DNA of 37,294 nucleotides. Source: a virus (Duplodnaviria > Heunggongvirae > Uroviricota > Caudoviricetes). Made by a program: the position numbers and the translations under genes. Positions within the stretch are counted from its first letter, which is position 1. Each line of letters starts with the position of its first letter. Below the pieces are notes generated by a model that ran no database searches, was not told the origin of the DNA, and saw only the letters and a list, made by a program, of their open reading frames with translations. Positions 13,842-25,590 of the stretch are shown here, piece after piece. The stretch lies in the IMG/VR virus record IMGVR_UViG_2711768034_000003; one strand, 5' to 3'.

Positions 13842-14539
13842 TGCAGGATATCCGGCAGGAAACACTGAATGAATGCACCCGTGCGGAGCAGTCGGCCAGC
13901 GTGGTGCTCTGGGAAATCGACCTGACAGAGGTCGGTGGAGAACGTTATTTTTTCTGTAATGAGCAGAACGAAAAAGGTGAGCCGGTCACCTGGCAGGGGC
14001 GACAGTATCAGCCGTATCCCATTCAGGGGAGCGGTTTTGAACTGAATGGCAAAGGCACCAGTACGCGCCCCACGCTGACGGTTTCTAACCTGTACGGTAT
14101 GGTCACCGGGATGGCGGAAGATATGCAGAGTCTGGTCGGCGGAACGGTGGTCCGGCGTAAGGTTTACGCCCGTTTTCTGGATGCGGTGAACTTCGTCAAC
14201 GGAAACAGTTACGCCGATCCGGAGCAGGAGGTGATCAGCCGCTGGCGCATTGAGCAGTGCAGCGAACTGAGCGCGGTGAGTGCCTCCTTTGTACTGTCCA
14301 CGCCGACGGAAACGGATGGCGCTGTTTTTCCGGGACGTATCATGCTGGCCAACACCTGCACCTGGACCTATCGCGGCGATGAGTGCGGTTATAGCGGTCC
14401 GGCGGTCGCGGATGAATATGACCAGCCGACGTCCGATATCACGAAGGATAAATGCAGCAAATGCCTGAGTGGCTGTAAGTTTCGCAATAATGTCGGCAAC
14501 TTTGGCAGCTTCCTTTCCATTAACAAACTTTCGCAGTAA
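13841..14539 (+). CDS. L: tail tip protein gpL
   Basis: 232-aa ORF with C-terminal Cys cluster (CSKCLSGCKFRNN); lambda L. Confidence 0.93.
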   Translation: MQDIRQETLNECTRAEQSASVVLWEIDLTEVGGERYFFCNEQNEKGEPVTWQGRQYQPYPIQGSGFELNGKGTSTRPTLTVSNLYGMVTGMAEDMQSLVGGTVVRRKVYARFLDAVNFVNGNSYADPEQEVISRWRIEQCSELSAVSASFVLSTPTETDGAVFPGRIMLANTCTWTYRGDECGYSGPAVADEYDQPTSDITKDKCSKCLSGCKFRNNVGNFGSFLSINKLSQ

Positions 14540-14544
14540 ATCCC

Positions 14545-15288
14545 ATGACACAGACAGAATCAGCGATTCTGGCGCACGCCCGGCGATGTGCGCCAGCGGA
14601 GTCGTGCGGCTTCGTGGTAAGCACGCCGGAGGGGGAAAGATATTTTCCCTGCGTGAATATCTCCGGTGAGCCGGAGGCGTATTTCCGTATGTCGCCGGAA
14701 GACTGGCTGCAGGCAGAAATGCAGGGTGAGATTGTGGCGCTGGTCCACAGCCACCCCGGTGGTCTGCCCTGGCTGAGTGAGGCCGACCGGCGGCTGCAGG
14801 TGCAGAGTGATTTGCCGTGGTGGCTGGTCTGCCGGGGGACGATTCATAAGTTCCGCTGTGTGCCGCATCTCACCGGGCGGCGCTTTGAGCACGGTGTGAC
14901 GGACTGTTACACACTGTTCCGGGATGCTTATCATCTGGCGGGGATTGAGATGCCGGACTTTTATCGTGAGGATGACTGGTGGCGTAACGGCCAGAATCTC
15001 TATCTGGATAATCTGGAGGCGACGGGGCTGTATCAGGTGCCGTTGTCAGCGGCACAGCCGGGCGATGTGCTGCTGTGCTGTTTTGGTTCATCAGTGCCGA
15101 ATCACGCCGCAATTTACTGCGGCGACGGCGAGCTGCTGCACCATATTCCTGAACAACTGAGCAAACGAGAGAGGTACACCGACAAATGGCAGCGACGCAC
15201 ACACTCCCTCTGGCGTCACCGGGCATGGCGCGCATCTGCCTTTACGGGGATTTACAACGATTTGGTCGCCGCATCGACCTTCGTGTGA
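14545..15288 (+). CDS. K: tail tip assembly protein gpK (MPN/JAMM plus NlpC/P60 domains); canonical shorter start at 14689
   Basis: The classical 199-aa lambda K begins MSPEDWLQAEMQGEIVALVHSHPGG (ATG at 14689). The frame is open upstream to an ATG at 14545, adding ESCGFVV..., which would supply the Glu of a JAMM E...HxH...S..D motif. Confidence 0.8.
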   Translation: MTQTESAILAHARRCAPAESCGFVVSTPEGERYFPCVNISGEPEAYFRMSPEDWLQAEMQGEIVALVHSHPGGLPWLSEADRRLQVQSDLPWWLVCRGTIHKFRCVPHLTGRRFEHGVTDCYTLFRDAYHLAGIEMPDFYREDDWWRNGQNLYLDNLEATGLYQVPLSAAQPGDVLLCCFGSSVPNHAAIYCGDGELLHHIPEQLSKRERYTDKWQRRTHSLWRHRAWRASAFTGIYNDLVAASTFV

Positions 15289-15857
15289 AAACGGGGGCTG
15301 AAGCCATCCGGGCACTGGCCACACAGCTCCCGGCGTTTCGTCAGAAACTGAGCGACGGCTGGTATCAGGTACGGATTGCCGGGCGGGACGTCAGCACGTC
15401 CGGGTTAACGGCGCAGTTACATGAGACTCTGCCTGATGGCGCTGTGATTCATATTGTTCCCAGAGTCGCCGGGGCCAAGTCAGGTGGCGTATTCCAGATT
15501 GTCCTGGGGGCTGCCGCCATTGCCGGATCATTCTTTACCGCCGGAGCCACCCTTGCAGCATGGGGGGCAGCCATTGGGACCGGTGGTATGACCGGCATCC
15601 TGTTTTCTCTCGGTGCCAGTATGGTGCTCGGTGGTGTGGCGCAGATGCTGGCACCGAAAGCCAGAACTCCCCGTACACAGACAACGGATAACGGTAAGCA
15701 GAACACCTATTTCTCCTCACTGGATAACATGGTTGCCCAGGGCAATGTTCTGCCTGTTCTGTACGGGGAAATGCGCGTGGGGTCTCGCGTGGTTTCTCAG
15801 GAGATCAGCACGGCAGACGAAGGGGACGGTGGTCAGGTTGTGGTGATTGGTCGCTGA
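15186..15857 (+). CDS. I: tail tip assembly protein gpI
   Basis: 223-aa ORF overlapping the K 3' end as in lambda; hydrophobic Gly/Ala-rich core. Confidence 0.93.
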   Translation: MAATHTLPLASPGMARICLYGDLQRFGRRIDLRVKTGAEAIRALATQLPAFRQKLSDGWYQVRIAGRDVSTSGLTAQLHETLPDGAVIHIVPRVAGAKSGGVFQIVLGAAAIAGSFFTAGATLAAWGAAIGTGGMTGILFSLGASMVLGGVAQMLAPKARTPRTQTTDNGKQNTYFSSLDNMVAQGNVLPVLYGEMRVGSRVVSQEISTADEGDGGQVVVIGR

Positions 15858-15917
15858 TGCAAAATGTTTTATGTGAAACCGCCTGCGGGCGGTTTTGTCA
15901 TTTATGGAGCGTGAGGA

Positions 15918-18900
15918 ATGGGTAAAGGCAGCAGTAAGGGGCATACCCCGCGCGAAGCGAAGGACAACCTGAAGTCCACGCAGCTGCTGAGTGTGATCGA
16001 TGCCATCAGCGAAGGGCCGGTTGAAGGTCCGGTGGATGGATTAAAAAGCGTGCTGCTGAACAGTACGCCGGTGCTGGACACTGAGGGGAATACCAACATC
16101 TCCGGTGTCACGGTGGTGTTCCGTGCCGGTGAGCAGGAGCAGACACCGCCGGAGGGGTTTGAATCCTCCGGCTCCGAGACGGTGCTGGGTACGGAAGTGA
16201 AATATGACACGCCGATCACCCGCACCATTACGTCTGCAAACATCGACCGTCTGCGCTTTACCTTCGGCGTGCAGGCACTGGTGGAAACCACCTCAAAGGG
16301 GGACCGGAATCCGTCGGAAGTCCGCCTGCTGGTTCAGATCCAGCGTAATGGTGGCTGGGTGACGGAAAAAGACATCACCATTAAGGGCAAAACCACCTCG
16401 CAGTATCTGGCCTCGGTGGTGGTGGGTAACCTGCCGCCGCGCCCGTTCAATATACGGATGCGCAGGATGACGCCGGACAGCACCACAGACCAGCTGCAGA
16501 ACAAAACGCTCTGGTCGTCATACACCGAAATCATCGATGTGAAACAGTGCTACCCGAACACGGCACTGGTCGGCGTGCAGGTGGATTCGGAGCAGTTCGG
16601 CAGCCAGCAGGTGAGCCGTAATTATCATCTGCGCGGGCGCATTCTGCAGGTGCCGTCGAACTATAACCCGCAGACGCGGCAATACAGCGGTATCTGGGAC
16701 GGAACGTTTAAGCCAGCATACAGCAACAACATGGCCTGGTGTCTGTGGGATATGCTGACCCATCCGCGCTACGGCATGGGGAAACGTCTTGGTGCGGCGG
16801 ATGTGGACAAATGGGCGCTGTATGTCATCGGCCAGCATTGCGATCAGTCGGTGCCGGACGGTTTTGGCGGCACGGAGCCGCGCATCACCTGTAATGCGTA
16901 CCTGACCACACAGCGTAAGGCGTGGGATGTGCTCAGTGATTTCTGCTCGGCGATGCGCTGTATGCCGGTATGGAACGGGCAGACGCTGACGTTCGTGCAG
17001 GACCGACCGTCGGATAAGGCGTGGACCTATAACCGCAGTAATGTGGTGATGCCGGATGATGGCGCGCCGTTCCGCTACAGCTTCAGCGCCCTGAAGGACC
17101 GCCATAATGCCGTTGAGGTGAACTGGATTGACCCGAACAACGGCTGGGAGACGGCGACAGAGCTTGTTGAAGATACGCAGGCCATTGCCCGTTACGGTCG
17201 TAACGTCACGAAGATGGATGCCTTTGGCTGTACCAGCCGGGGGCAGGCACACCGCGCCGGGCTGTGGCTGATTAAAACGGAACTGCTGGAGACGCAGACC
17301 GTGGACTTCAGCGTGGGTGCGGAAGGGCTTCGCCATGTACCGGGCGATGTCATTGAAATCTGCGATGATGACTATGCCGGTATCAGCACCGGCGGGCGCG
17401 TGCTGGCGGTGAACAGCCAGACCCGGACGCTGACGCTCGACCGTGAAATCACGCTGCCATCCTCCGGTACCACGCTGATAAGCCTGGTTGACGGAAGAGG
17501 CAATCCGGTCAGCGTGGAGGTCCAGTCCGTCACCGACGGCGTGAAGGTAAAAGTGAGCCGTGTTCCTGACGGCGTTGCCGGATACAGCGTATGGGGGCTG
17601 AAGCTGCCGACGCTGCGCCAGCGCCTGTTCCGCTGCGTGAGTATCCGTGAGAACGATGACGGCACGTATGCCATCACCGCCGTGCAGCATGTACCGGAAA
17701 AAGAGGCCATCGTGGATAACGGGGCGCACTTTGACGGCGACCAGAGCGGCACGGTGAATGGTGTCACGCCGCCAGCGGTGCAGCACCTGACTGCCGAAGT
17801 CACCGCAGACAGCGGGGAATATCAGGTACTGGCCCGCTGGGACACGCCGAAGGTGGTGAAGGGGGGGAGCTTTATGCTTCGCCTGACCGTGGCAGCGGAC
17901 GACGGCAGTGAGCGGCTGGTCAGCACGGCCCGGACGACAGAAACCACATACCGCTTCACGCAACTGGCGCTGGGACGGTACACGCTGACAGTCCGGGCGG
18001 TAAATGCGTGGGGACAGCAGGGCGATCCGGCGTCGGTATCGTTCCGGATTGCCGCACCGGCAGCGCCGTCGCGGATTGAGCTGACGCCGGGCTATTTTCA
18101 GATAACTGCCACGCCGCATCTTGCGGTTTATGATCCGACGGTACAGTTTGAGTTCTGGTTCTCGGAAACGCGGATTACCGATATCAGGCAGGTTGAAACC
18201 ACAGCCCGCTACCTTGGCGCGGGGCTGTACTGGATAGCCGCCAGTATCAATATCAAACCGGGCCATGATTATTACTTTTATATCCGCAGTGTGAACACCG
18301 TTGGCAAATCGGCATTCGTGGAGGCTGTTGGTCAGCCGAGTGATGACGCATCCGGCTATCTGGATTTTTTCAAAGGCGAGATAGGGAAAACCCATCTGGC
18401 TCAGGAGCTGTGGACGCAGATTGATAACGGTCAGCTTGCGCCTGACCTGGCTGAAATCAGGACGTCCATTACGGATGTCAGCAATGAAATCACGCAGACC
18501 GTCAATAAGAAACTGGAAGACCAGAGTGCGGCAATTCAGCAGATACAGAAGGTTCAGGTTGATACAAATAATAACCTGAACAGCATGTGGGCTGTGAAGC
18601 TGCAGCAGATGCAGGACGGACGCCTTTATATCGCGGGTATTGGTGCCGGTATTGAGAACACCCCTGACGGCATGCAGAGTCAGGTGCTGCTGGCGGCAGA
18701 CAGGATTGCGATGATTAATCCTGCGAATGGCAACACAAAGCCGATGTTTGTTGGGCAGGGCGATCAGATATTCATGAACGAAGTGTTCCTGAAACGCCTG
18801 ACGGCTCCCACCATTACCAGCGGTGGAAATCCACCGGCATTTTCCCTGACACCGGACGGAAAGCTGACTGCTAAAAATGCGGATATCAGCGGTAACGTGA

Positions 18901-19397
18901 ATGCGAACGCCGGGACGCTCAACAACGTCACGATTAATGAAAACTGTCGGGTTCTGGGAAAACTGTCTGCGAACCAGATTGAAGGCGATCTCGTTAAAAC
19001 AGTGGGCAAAGCTTTCCCCCGGGACTCCCGTGCACCGGAGCGGTGGCCATCAGGGACCATTACCGTCAGGGTTTATGACGATCAGCCGTTTGACCGGCAG
19101 ATTGTTATTCCCGCGGTGGCGTTTCGTGGCGCTAAACATGAGCGGGAGAATAACGATATTTATTCGTCATGCCGCCTGATAGTGAAGAAAAACGGTGCTG
19201 AAATTTATAACCGTACCGCGCTGGATAATACGCTGGTTTATACAGGTGTTATTGATATGCCTGCCGGTCGCGGTCACATGACGCTGGAGTTTTCGGTATC
19301 AGCGTGGCTGGTAAATGACTGGTATCCCACAGCCAGTATCAGTGATTTGCTGGTTGTGGTGATGAAGAAATCCACAGCAGGTATCACGATTAGCTGA
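15918..19397 (+). CDS. J: tail tip attachment / central tail fibre protein gpJ (host specificity)
   Basis: 1159-aa [78 protein letters not shown]...; lambda J-like along its length, but about 27 aa longer than the 1132 aa I recall for lambda J. Confidence 0.93.
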   Translation: MGKGSSKGHTPREAKDNLKSTQLLSVIDAISEGPVEGPVDGLKSVLLNSTPVLDTEGNTNISGVTVVFRAGEQEQTPPEGFESSGSETVLGTEVKYDTPITRTITSANIDRLRFTFGVQALVETTSKGDRNPSEVRLLVQIQRNGGWVTEKDITIKGKTTSQYLASVVVGNLPPRPFNIRMRRMTPDSTTDQLQNKTLWSSYTEIIDVKQCYPNTALVGVQVDSEQFGSQQVSRNYHLRGRILQVPSNYNPQTRQYSGIWDGTFKPAYSNNMAWCLWDMLTHPRYGMGKRLGAADVDKWALYVIGQHCDQSVPDGFGGTEPRITCNAYLTTQRKAWDVLSDFCSAMRCMPVWNGQTLTFVQDRPSDKAWTYNRSNVVMPDDGAPFRYSFSALKDRHNAVEVNWIDPNNGWETATELVEDTQAIARYGRNVTKMDAFGCTSRGQAHRAGLWLIKTELLETQTVDFSVGAEGLRHVPGDVIEICDDDYAGISTGGRVLAVNSQTRTLTLDREITLPSSGTTLISLVDGRGNPVSVEVQSVTDGVKVKVSRVPDGVAGYSVWGLKLPTLRQRLFRCVSIRENDDGTYAITAVQHVPEKEAIVDNGAHFDGDQSGTVNGVTPPAVQHLTAEVTADSGEYQVLARWDTPKVVKGGSFMLRLTVAADDGSERLVSTARTTETTYRFTQLALGRYTLTVRAVNAWGQQGDPASVSFRIAAPAAPSRIELTPGYFQITATPHLAVYDPTVQFEFWFSETRITDIRQVETTARYLGAGLYWIAASINIKPGHDYYFYIRSVNTVGKSAFVEAVGQPSDDASGYLDFFKGEIGKTHLAQELWTQIDNGQLAPDLAEIRTSITDVSNEITQTVNKKLEDQSAAIQQIQKVQVDTNNNLNSMWAVKLQQMQDGRLYIAGIGAGIENTPDGMQSQVLLAADRIAMINPANGNTKPMFVGQGDQIFMNEVFLKRLTAPTITSGGNPPAFSLTPDGKLTAKNADISGNVNANAGTLNNVTINENCRVLGKLSANQIEGDLVKTVGKAFPRDSRAPERWPSGTITVRVYDDQPFDRQIVIPAVAFRGAKHERENNDIYSSCRLIVKKNGAEIYNRTALDNTLVYTGVIDMPAGRGHMTLEFSVSAWLVNDWYPTASISDLLVVVMKKSTAGITIS

Positions 19398-19413
19398 ATT
19401 TTCATAACCCATA

Positions 19414-19443
19414 TGCGGGCGCCATTTCTGGCGCCTTTTTTAT
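19414..19443 (+). terminator. rho-independent terminator downstream of J
   Basis: GCGGGCGCCatttctGGCGCC followed by TTTTTTATT. Confidence 0.7.
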
Positions 19444-19465
19444 TGCAGAAAAGCGAGAGGTAATT

Positions 19466-20065
19466 ATGCGTAAAGTTTGTGCAGCCATTTTGTCCGCAGC
19501 CATCTGTCTGGCCGTATCCGGTGCGCCTGCATGGGCGTCTGAACATCAGTCCACACTGAGCGCGGGGTATCTTCATGCCCGTACGAACGCTCCCGGCAGC
19601 GATAATCTGAACGGGATTAACGTGAAATACCGTTATGAGTTTACGGACACGCTGGGGCTGATTACGTCATTCAGTTATGCCAACGCTGAAGATGAGCAAA
19701 AAACGCATTACAGCGATACCCGCTGGCATGAGGATTCCGTGCGTAATCGCTGGTTCAGCGTGATGGCGGGGCCGTCTGTGCGCGTGAATGAATGGTTCAG
19801 CGCGTATGCGATGGCGGGTGTGGCTTACAGCCGTGTTTCGACTTTCTCCGGGGATTATCTCCGCGTAACTGACAACAAGGGGAAAACGCACGACGTGCTG
19901 ACCGGAAGTGATGACGGTCGCCACAGCAACACGTCTCTGGCGTGGGGGGCTGGCGTGCAGTTTAACCCGACCGAATCCGTGGCCATTGATGTCGCTTATG
20001 AAGGCTCCGGCAGTGGCGACTGGCGCACTGACGGTTTCATCGTGGGTGTCGGTTATAAGTTCTGA
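19466..20065 (+). CDS. lom: Lom outer-membrane protein (Ail/Lom/OmpX family beta-barrel)
   Basis: 199-aa ORF with signal peptide MRKVCAAILSAAICLAVSGAPAWA and C-terminal ...GFIVGVGYKF; SD GAGAGG upstream; same position as lambda lom. Confidence 0.92.
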   Translation: MRKVCAAILSAAICLAVSGAPAWASEHQSTLSAGYLHARTNAPGSDNLNGINVKYRYEFTDTLGLITSFSYANAEDEQKTHYSDTRWHEDSVRNRWFSVMAGPSVRVNEWFSAYAMAGVAYSRVSTFSGDYLRVTDNKGKTHDVLTGSDDGRHSNTSLAWGAGVQFNPTESVAIDVAYEGSGSGDWRTDGFIVGVGYKF

Positions 20066-20092
20066 TTAGCCAGGTAACACAGTGTTATGACA

Positions 20093-20119
20093 GCCCGCCG
20101 GTTCTGGCGGGCTTTTTTG
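20093..20119 (+). terminator. rho-independent terminator downstream of lom
   Basis: GCCCGCCggttctGGCGGGC followed by TTTTTTGT. Confidence 0.7.
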
Positions 20120-20129
20120 TGGGGTGAAT

Positions 20130-23100
20130 ATGGCAGTAAAGATTTCAGGTGTACTGAAAGACGGTGCAGGTAAACCGGTACAGAACTGTACAATCCAGCT
20201 GAAAGCAAAACGTAACAGCACCACGGTGGTGGCGAACACGGTGGCCTCAGAAAATCCGGATGAAGCCGGGCGTTACAGCATGGACGTTGAGTACGGTCAG
20301 TACAGCGTTATTCTGTTGGTGGAAGGCTTCCCGCCATCGCATGCCGGGACCATCACCGTGTATGAAGACTCACAACCGGGTACGCTGAATGATTTTCTCG
20401 GTGCCATGACGGAGGATGATGTCCGTCCGGAGGCACTGCGCCGCTTTGAACTGATGGTGGAAGAGGTGGCGCGTAACGCGTCCGCAGTGGCACAGAACAC
20501 GGCAGCCGCGAAGAAGTCAGCCAGCGATGCCGGCACATCAGCCCGTGAGGCGGCAACCCGTGCGACTGATGCTGCAGGCTCAGCACGTGCAGCCAGCACG
20601 TCAGCCGGACAGGCCGCGTCGTCGGCTCAGTCAGCGTCTTCCAGCGCAGGAACGGCATCAACAAAGGCCACTGAAGCATCAAAAAGTGCTGCCGCCGCAG
20701 AGTCTTCAAAAAGCGCGGCAGCCACCAGTGCCGGTGCAGCGAAAACGTCGGAAATGAATGCCGCAGCATCACAAAAATCTGCGGCCACATCTGCATCCAC
20801 CGCGACCACGAAAGCGTCAGAAGCTGCCACCTCAGCCCGGGATGCGTCGGCTTCAAAAGTGGCGGCAAAATCATCAGAAACGAGCGCTGCCTCGAGCGCC
20901 GGCAGTGCAGCTTCCTCGGCAACGGCAGCAGGAAATTCCGCGAAGGCTGCAAAAACGTCTGAGACGAATGCGGATAACAGCGCACAGGCGGCAGCAGACT
21001 CACAAACTGCATCGGCAAACTCCGCGACAGCAGCCAAAAAATCAGAAACCAACGCGAAAAATAGTGAGGCAGCAGCAAAGGTCAGCGAAACCAACGCTAA
21101 AGCGTCAGAGAACAAGGCGAAAGAATATCTCGACAAGGTCGGGGGACTCGTCAGCCCGATGACGCAATACGATTGGCCCGTTGTTACTGGTAATGAGTCT
21201 TTTTACATAAAGATCGCGAAACTTTCCGATCCCGGAAGCGGCAATTGCCATGTAACGCTAATGGTTACTAACGCTGGTAACTACGGCTCCCCTTACGGAA
21301 ACATTGACTTTATCGAGATCTCGGCGCGCGGTCTGCCTTCTTTGCTTAGTGCGGATAATGTTTCTCGTCATCTGAGTATACGCCGCTTAGGGTCAACCGG
21401 GCTGACCGATAACAACCAGATGCGTTACGGCCTGGTTAAAGGTGACGGCTTTATTGAGGTTTGGGCCTTCCAGCGCGCATTTATCAACGGCGCAAAGGTT
21501 GCGGTACTGGCGCAGACGGCACGCACGGAATTATACATTCCAGACGGATTTGTTAAGCAAACCGCCGCGCCTTCTGGATATGTTGAAAGCCCCGTTGTAA
21601 GGATTTACGACCAGGTAAACAAACCCAGCAAGGCAGATTTAGGTCTTTCCAATGCTATGCTTATAGGAGCCTTCGGTCTTGGCGGCAGCGGTGTTGGTTT
21701 GGATAATAAAATGACCGATCAGGAGCTACTACAAGAGCTAAGGGCGAAAGGTGGATGTTTCTGGAGGTCAGGAAAAGGAACAGGTAGCACAGCCACATTT
21801 TTCAGTCACGGATCTGGCATATTCTCTCGGTGTAGCGATACGTGGGCAGCGTTAAATATAGACTACGACAGTGGTAGGGTGAAGGTTTACGCTGGTAATG
21901 ACAGGAGACTTGATGATGGTACTTTTAACATCAATGAGCTATACGGAACCAGGCACAAACCATCGAAATCGGACGTTGGACTTGGCAACGTAACTAATGA
22001 TGCGCAGGTGAAAAAATCCGGCGATGTTATGTCAGGTGACTTGACGATCAATAAAGACACACCATCACTATTCCTTAGGGCAACTGGTGAAACAGGTGCT
22101 GCCGCTGTGCGGTTTTATACTGGCACTAACCAGGAGCGCGGCATAATCTATGCTGGTCCTAACACTGATTCGCTTGGCGAAGTTCGCATCAGGGCTAAAA
22201 ACGCAAAAGGTGTGTCGGGTGGTGATCTTATTGTTCGCCACGACGGGGTGGTTGAGGTTCAGAATCTCACAGCGGCTAAAAAAGTAAAAAGCGTAAACGC
22301 AGAGCTTGCAAACACATCAACTAACACGCTTGAGAACACGTTAAAAATCAGCGGTCAACAGCATACTCCGTTACTTTTAACGCGTACCGGTTATTCTGAA
22401 AACCTATCCATTGGTTTTAAGGTTGACAACCTTGATCAAAAATATCTCGGAATCAATGGCAGTGGAGATCTAGCTTTTGGTAAAAATACTGATCATAAAC
22501 AAAACAGCAGAGTAATTACACAAGCAATACTGGATAGCGGTGTGACGGTGGGCGGCAAAACAACATTTTCTGACCTTGCCACATTTAACGCAGGTATTGC
22601 GGGATCTATCAAGCCAGAAGAGCTTGACCAAAAGACTATTGATCTTAACGACCTAACCATCAAAGGCGAAAATAAAGGATCAGTCAAATACTATCAATGT
22701 AGGACTTCCGGCGGTGGCGCGAATATTACCAACAAACCTAACGGCGTAAGCGGTAACTTTTTGCTACGTGTAGAGTCACTTCGCAATAACACGGATGTAG
22801 ACTATATAAACGTACAAACCCTGGTTAGCGGCGACAAAGGACGCATGTATGTTCGTTTTGTTACTAATGGGAATTTTACAGCATGGAGCGAGCCTGTTGT
22901 TTCAGGATGGAATCAGGATGTAACCGTCAGGTCGTTAACCTCGACGACTCCATCAAAATTAGGTGGCGGGCGGATTGATGTGCTTGGAAGTACGTCAGAT
23001 TATGACAGCATGAATTGTACCGTGCGCGGTGTTGATAGCAGCGGAACTAATTCTGCGTGGTCAGTAGGCACATCAGTAGACACTGGCAAAACGTTGTATC

Positions 23101-23882
23101 TGAAAAACCACAGAACCAGTTCACAAGTGCTGATAAGTGGCGATACTGGATCTATTAAGCTACAAAATGGTAATGCAAACAAGGAGTTAGCGCTAACCGA
23201 AGATTCAGTTACCTCAAACGCTGACATTATCCTAAAAAATAGTGATGATGGTTCGCGTCTTCTTATAAGAAACTCAAACACTTCGGCGCAGTCGTGGAGT
23301 ATCAGGGCATGGGGTCAAAGCGGAAGGGAAAGCGTTTTTGAAATTGGTAACACCAAGCAATACATGTTTTACGCACAAGAAACGGCATCGGGTGGCAGAA
23401 ATTTTGACTTTAACGGTGATGTTACATGTAAGACACTATACCAAACTTCTGATCAAAGCCTTAAAGACAACATTAAGGTTATAGGTGACGCTACCGAATC
23501 CATCCGTAAAATGAATGGGTACACATACACGTTTAAGGACGACGGCCTGCCTTATGCTGGCGTTATTGCACAAGAAGTAATGGATGCGCTGCCTGAAGCG
23601 ATAGCGTTTACCACTCTTTACGGTAAAGAGCTACAGGGGCCAACAACTGACGGAAACGTGTTACGCGAAGAGATGAAGTGCCTTAGCGTTGACTATGCGG
23701 CGGTGACTGGTTTACTTGTTCAGGTCGCCCGTGAAACAGATGATCGCGTTACCGCGCTGGAAGAGGAAAACACAACGCTACGTGAAAATCTGGCAACAGC
23801 AGACACCCGGATCAGCACTCTGGAAAATCAGGTAAGCGAACTGGTTGCACTTGTCCGGCAGTTAACAGGAAGCGAACATTGA
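20130..23882 (+). CDS. stf: side tail fibre protein (Stf): lambda-like N-terminal anchor and Ala/Ser-rich repeat region fused to a non-lambda distal module with a C-terminal intramolecular chaperone (peptidase S74-like) domain
   Basis: N-terminus MAVKISGVLKDGAGKPVQNCTIQLKAKRNSTTV... and the A/S-rich repeats (about aa 130-330) match lambda Stf. From about nt 21120 the sequence diverges. C-terminus ...LYQTSDQSLKDNIKVIGDATESIRKMNGYTYTFKDDG... followed by a coiled-coil tail resembles the autocleaving chaperone domain of endosialidase/T5 L-shaped fibre type fibres. Confidence 0.85.
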   Translation: MAVKISGVLKDGAGKPVQNCTIQLKAKRNSTTVVANTVASENPDEAGRYSMDVEYGQYSVILLVEGFPPSHAGTITVYEDSQPGTLNDFLGAMTEDDVRPEALRRFELMVEEVARNASAVAQNTAAAKKSASDAGTSAREAATRATDAAGSARAASTSAGQAASSAQSASSSAGTASTKATEASKSAAAAESSKSAAATSAGAAKTSEMNAAASQKSAATSASTATTKASEAATSARDASASKVAAKSSETSAASSAGSAASSATAAGNSAKAAKTSETNADNSAQAAADSQTASANSATAAKKSETNAKNSEAAAKVSETNAKASENKAKEYLDKVGGLVSPMTQYDWPVVTGNESFYIKIAKLSDPGSGNCHVTLMVTNAGNYGSPYGNIDFIEISARGLPSLLSADNVSRHLSIRRLGSTGLTDNNQMRYGLVKGDGFIEVWAFQRAFINGAKVAVLAQTARTELYIPDGFVKQTAAPSGYVESPVVRIYDQVNKPSKADLGLSNAMLIGAFGLGGSGVGLDNKMTDQELLQELRAKGGCFWRSGKGTGSTATFFSHGSGIFSRCSDTWAALNIDYDSGRVKVYAGNDRRLDDGTFNINELYGTRHKPSKSDVGLGNVTNDAQVKKSGDVMSGDLTINKDTPSLFLRATGETGAAAVRFYTGTNQERGIIYAGPNTDSLGEVRIRAKNAKGVSGGDLIVRHDGVVEVQNLTAAKKVKSVNAELANTSTNTLENTLKISGQQHTPLLLTRTGYSENLSIGFKVDNLDQKYLGINGSGDLAFGKNTDHKQNSRVITQAILDSGVTVGGKTTFSDLATFNAGIAGSIKPEELDQKTIDLNDLTIKGENKGSVKYYQCRTSGGGANITNKPNGVSGNFLLRVESLRNNTDVDYINVQTLVSGDKGRMYVRFVTNGNFTAWSEPVVSGWNQDVTVRSLTSTTPSKLGGGRIDVLGSTSDYDSMNCTVRGVDSSGTNSAWSVGTSVDTGKTLYLKNHRTSSQVLISGDTGSIKLQNGNANKELALTEDSVTSNADIILKNSDDGSRLLIRNSNTSAQSWSIRAWGQSGRESVFEIGNTKQYMFYAQETASGGRNFDFNGDVTCKTLYQTSDQSLKDNIKVIGDATESIRKMNGYTYTFKDDGLPYAGVIAQEVMDALPEAIAFTTLYGKELQGPTTDGNVLREEMKCLSVDYAAVTGLLVQVARETDDRVTALEEENTTLRENLATADTRISTLENQVSELVALVRQLTGSEH

Positions 23883-23919
23883 TATCCTTCAAGCTCTGAA
23901 GGAGGCTGTTCCCGGTACG

Positions 23920-24862
<943 letters not shown>

Positions 24863-24942
24863 CTAAGTCTTTGAATTTACATAGTACAAAAAAGATGCTT
24901 TTCCTCATAATGTGAATTAATTTTATGTTTCGTTTGATGATT

Positions 24943-25008
24943 GGACCGGTCTCGAAAACCGGAGTAGGGGCAACTCTACCGGGGGTTCAAATCCCCCTCT
25001 CTCCGCCA
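24943..25008 (+). other. 3' fragment of a tRNA-Ser(CGA) gene (anticodon stem-loop to CCA); att-like core, not a complete tRNA
   Basis: GGACCGGTCTCGAAAACCGGAGTAGGGGCAACTCTACCGGGGGTTCAAATCCCCCTCTCTCCGCCA matches the 3' two-thirds of enterobacterial tRNA-Ser (serU type); upstream sequence cannot form the acceptor or D arms. Confidence 0.8.
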
Positions 25009-25590
25009 CTTTATCAATGACTTATCTCCCGACTTCCCGCCTTGCTTTTCCTAAACAGAACAATCGTAGAATATTCTTGAAGGGTTAGATCGTCACTGTT
25101 TTCTGTTCGATACTGTGACATTCAGCACTTGATTCGCTATGGATCTGACAGGAAGGTTTCGAGCGAAAATCTGCAGTTATTCAGTCGTTTTCTTATCGGT
25201 CACCATTATTCTTTTAGACATTGATCCTACAAAGCTGCCGCAAAGTTGGTGGTGGGAACTGAAGTTGCGTAGAGAAGGGGTCAATATCCGGAGGCAAACA
25301 TGGGCTGGCAAAAGTGTAGCGGTATTAGGCGCAGCTATTTAGCCTAGTTATGTTTTATGAAAACTTGATATCATATAAGTGTCTTACTTATTGGCTGTAA
25401 ATAAGTCCTTCCTAAGGAATTGTTTCTTGAGTATCATTTGTAACTGTAACGGAATTTATAATCCTTTGCTTTATTGTTACGGTATTTTTTATCACACCCT
25501 ATTTTTAGTGGTTTTTTATACTGAAGTTTGGCAAAGTGAACTTTATATACATATACTTCATCCTGGTTTCAGTTAAATTGGGTGGATGAT

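Noticed and set aside
16518-18395. 625-aa reverse-strand ORF inside J
   Set aside because: Entirely antisense to the well-supported J gene; Arg/Pro/His-rich low-complexity translation typical of the wrong frame in GC-rich DNA.
20297-21162. Alternate-frame ORFs (100-241 aa) overlapping the stf repeat region on both strands
   Set aside because: Products of the Ala/Ser codon repeat tract read in other frames; compositionally extreme (Pro/Arg/Gln-rich); the Stf frame is the one continuous with lambda homology.
24943-25008. Intact tRNA-Ser gene
   Set aside because: Only the anticodon stem to CCA end is present; the upstream sequence cannot form the acceptor stem or D arm, so it is treated as an att-site fragment.
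25139-25576. Two small plus-strand ORFs (67 and 65 aa) upstream of the AraC gene
   Set aside because: Lie in AT-rich leader DNA, have no SD, and give low-complexity hydrophobic translations; more likely the promoter/leader of the AraC gene.
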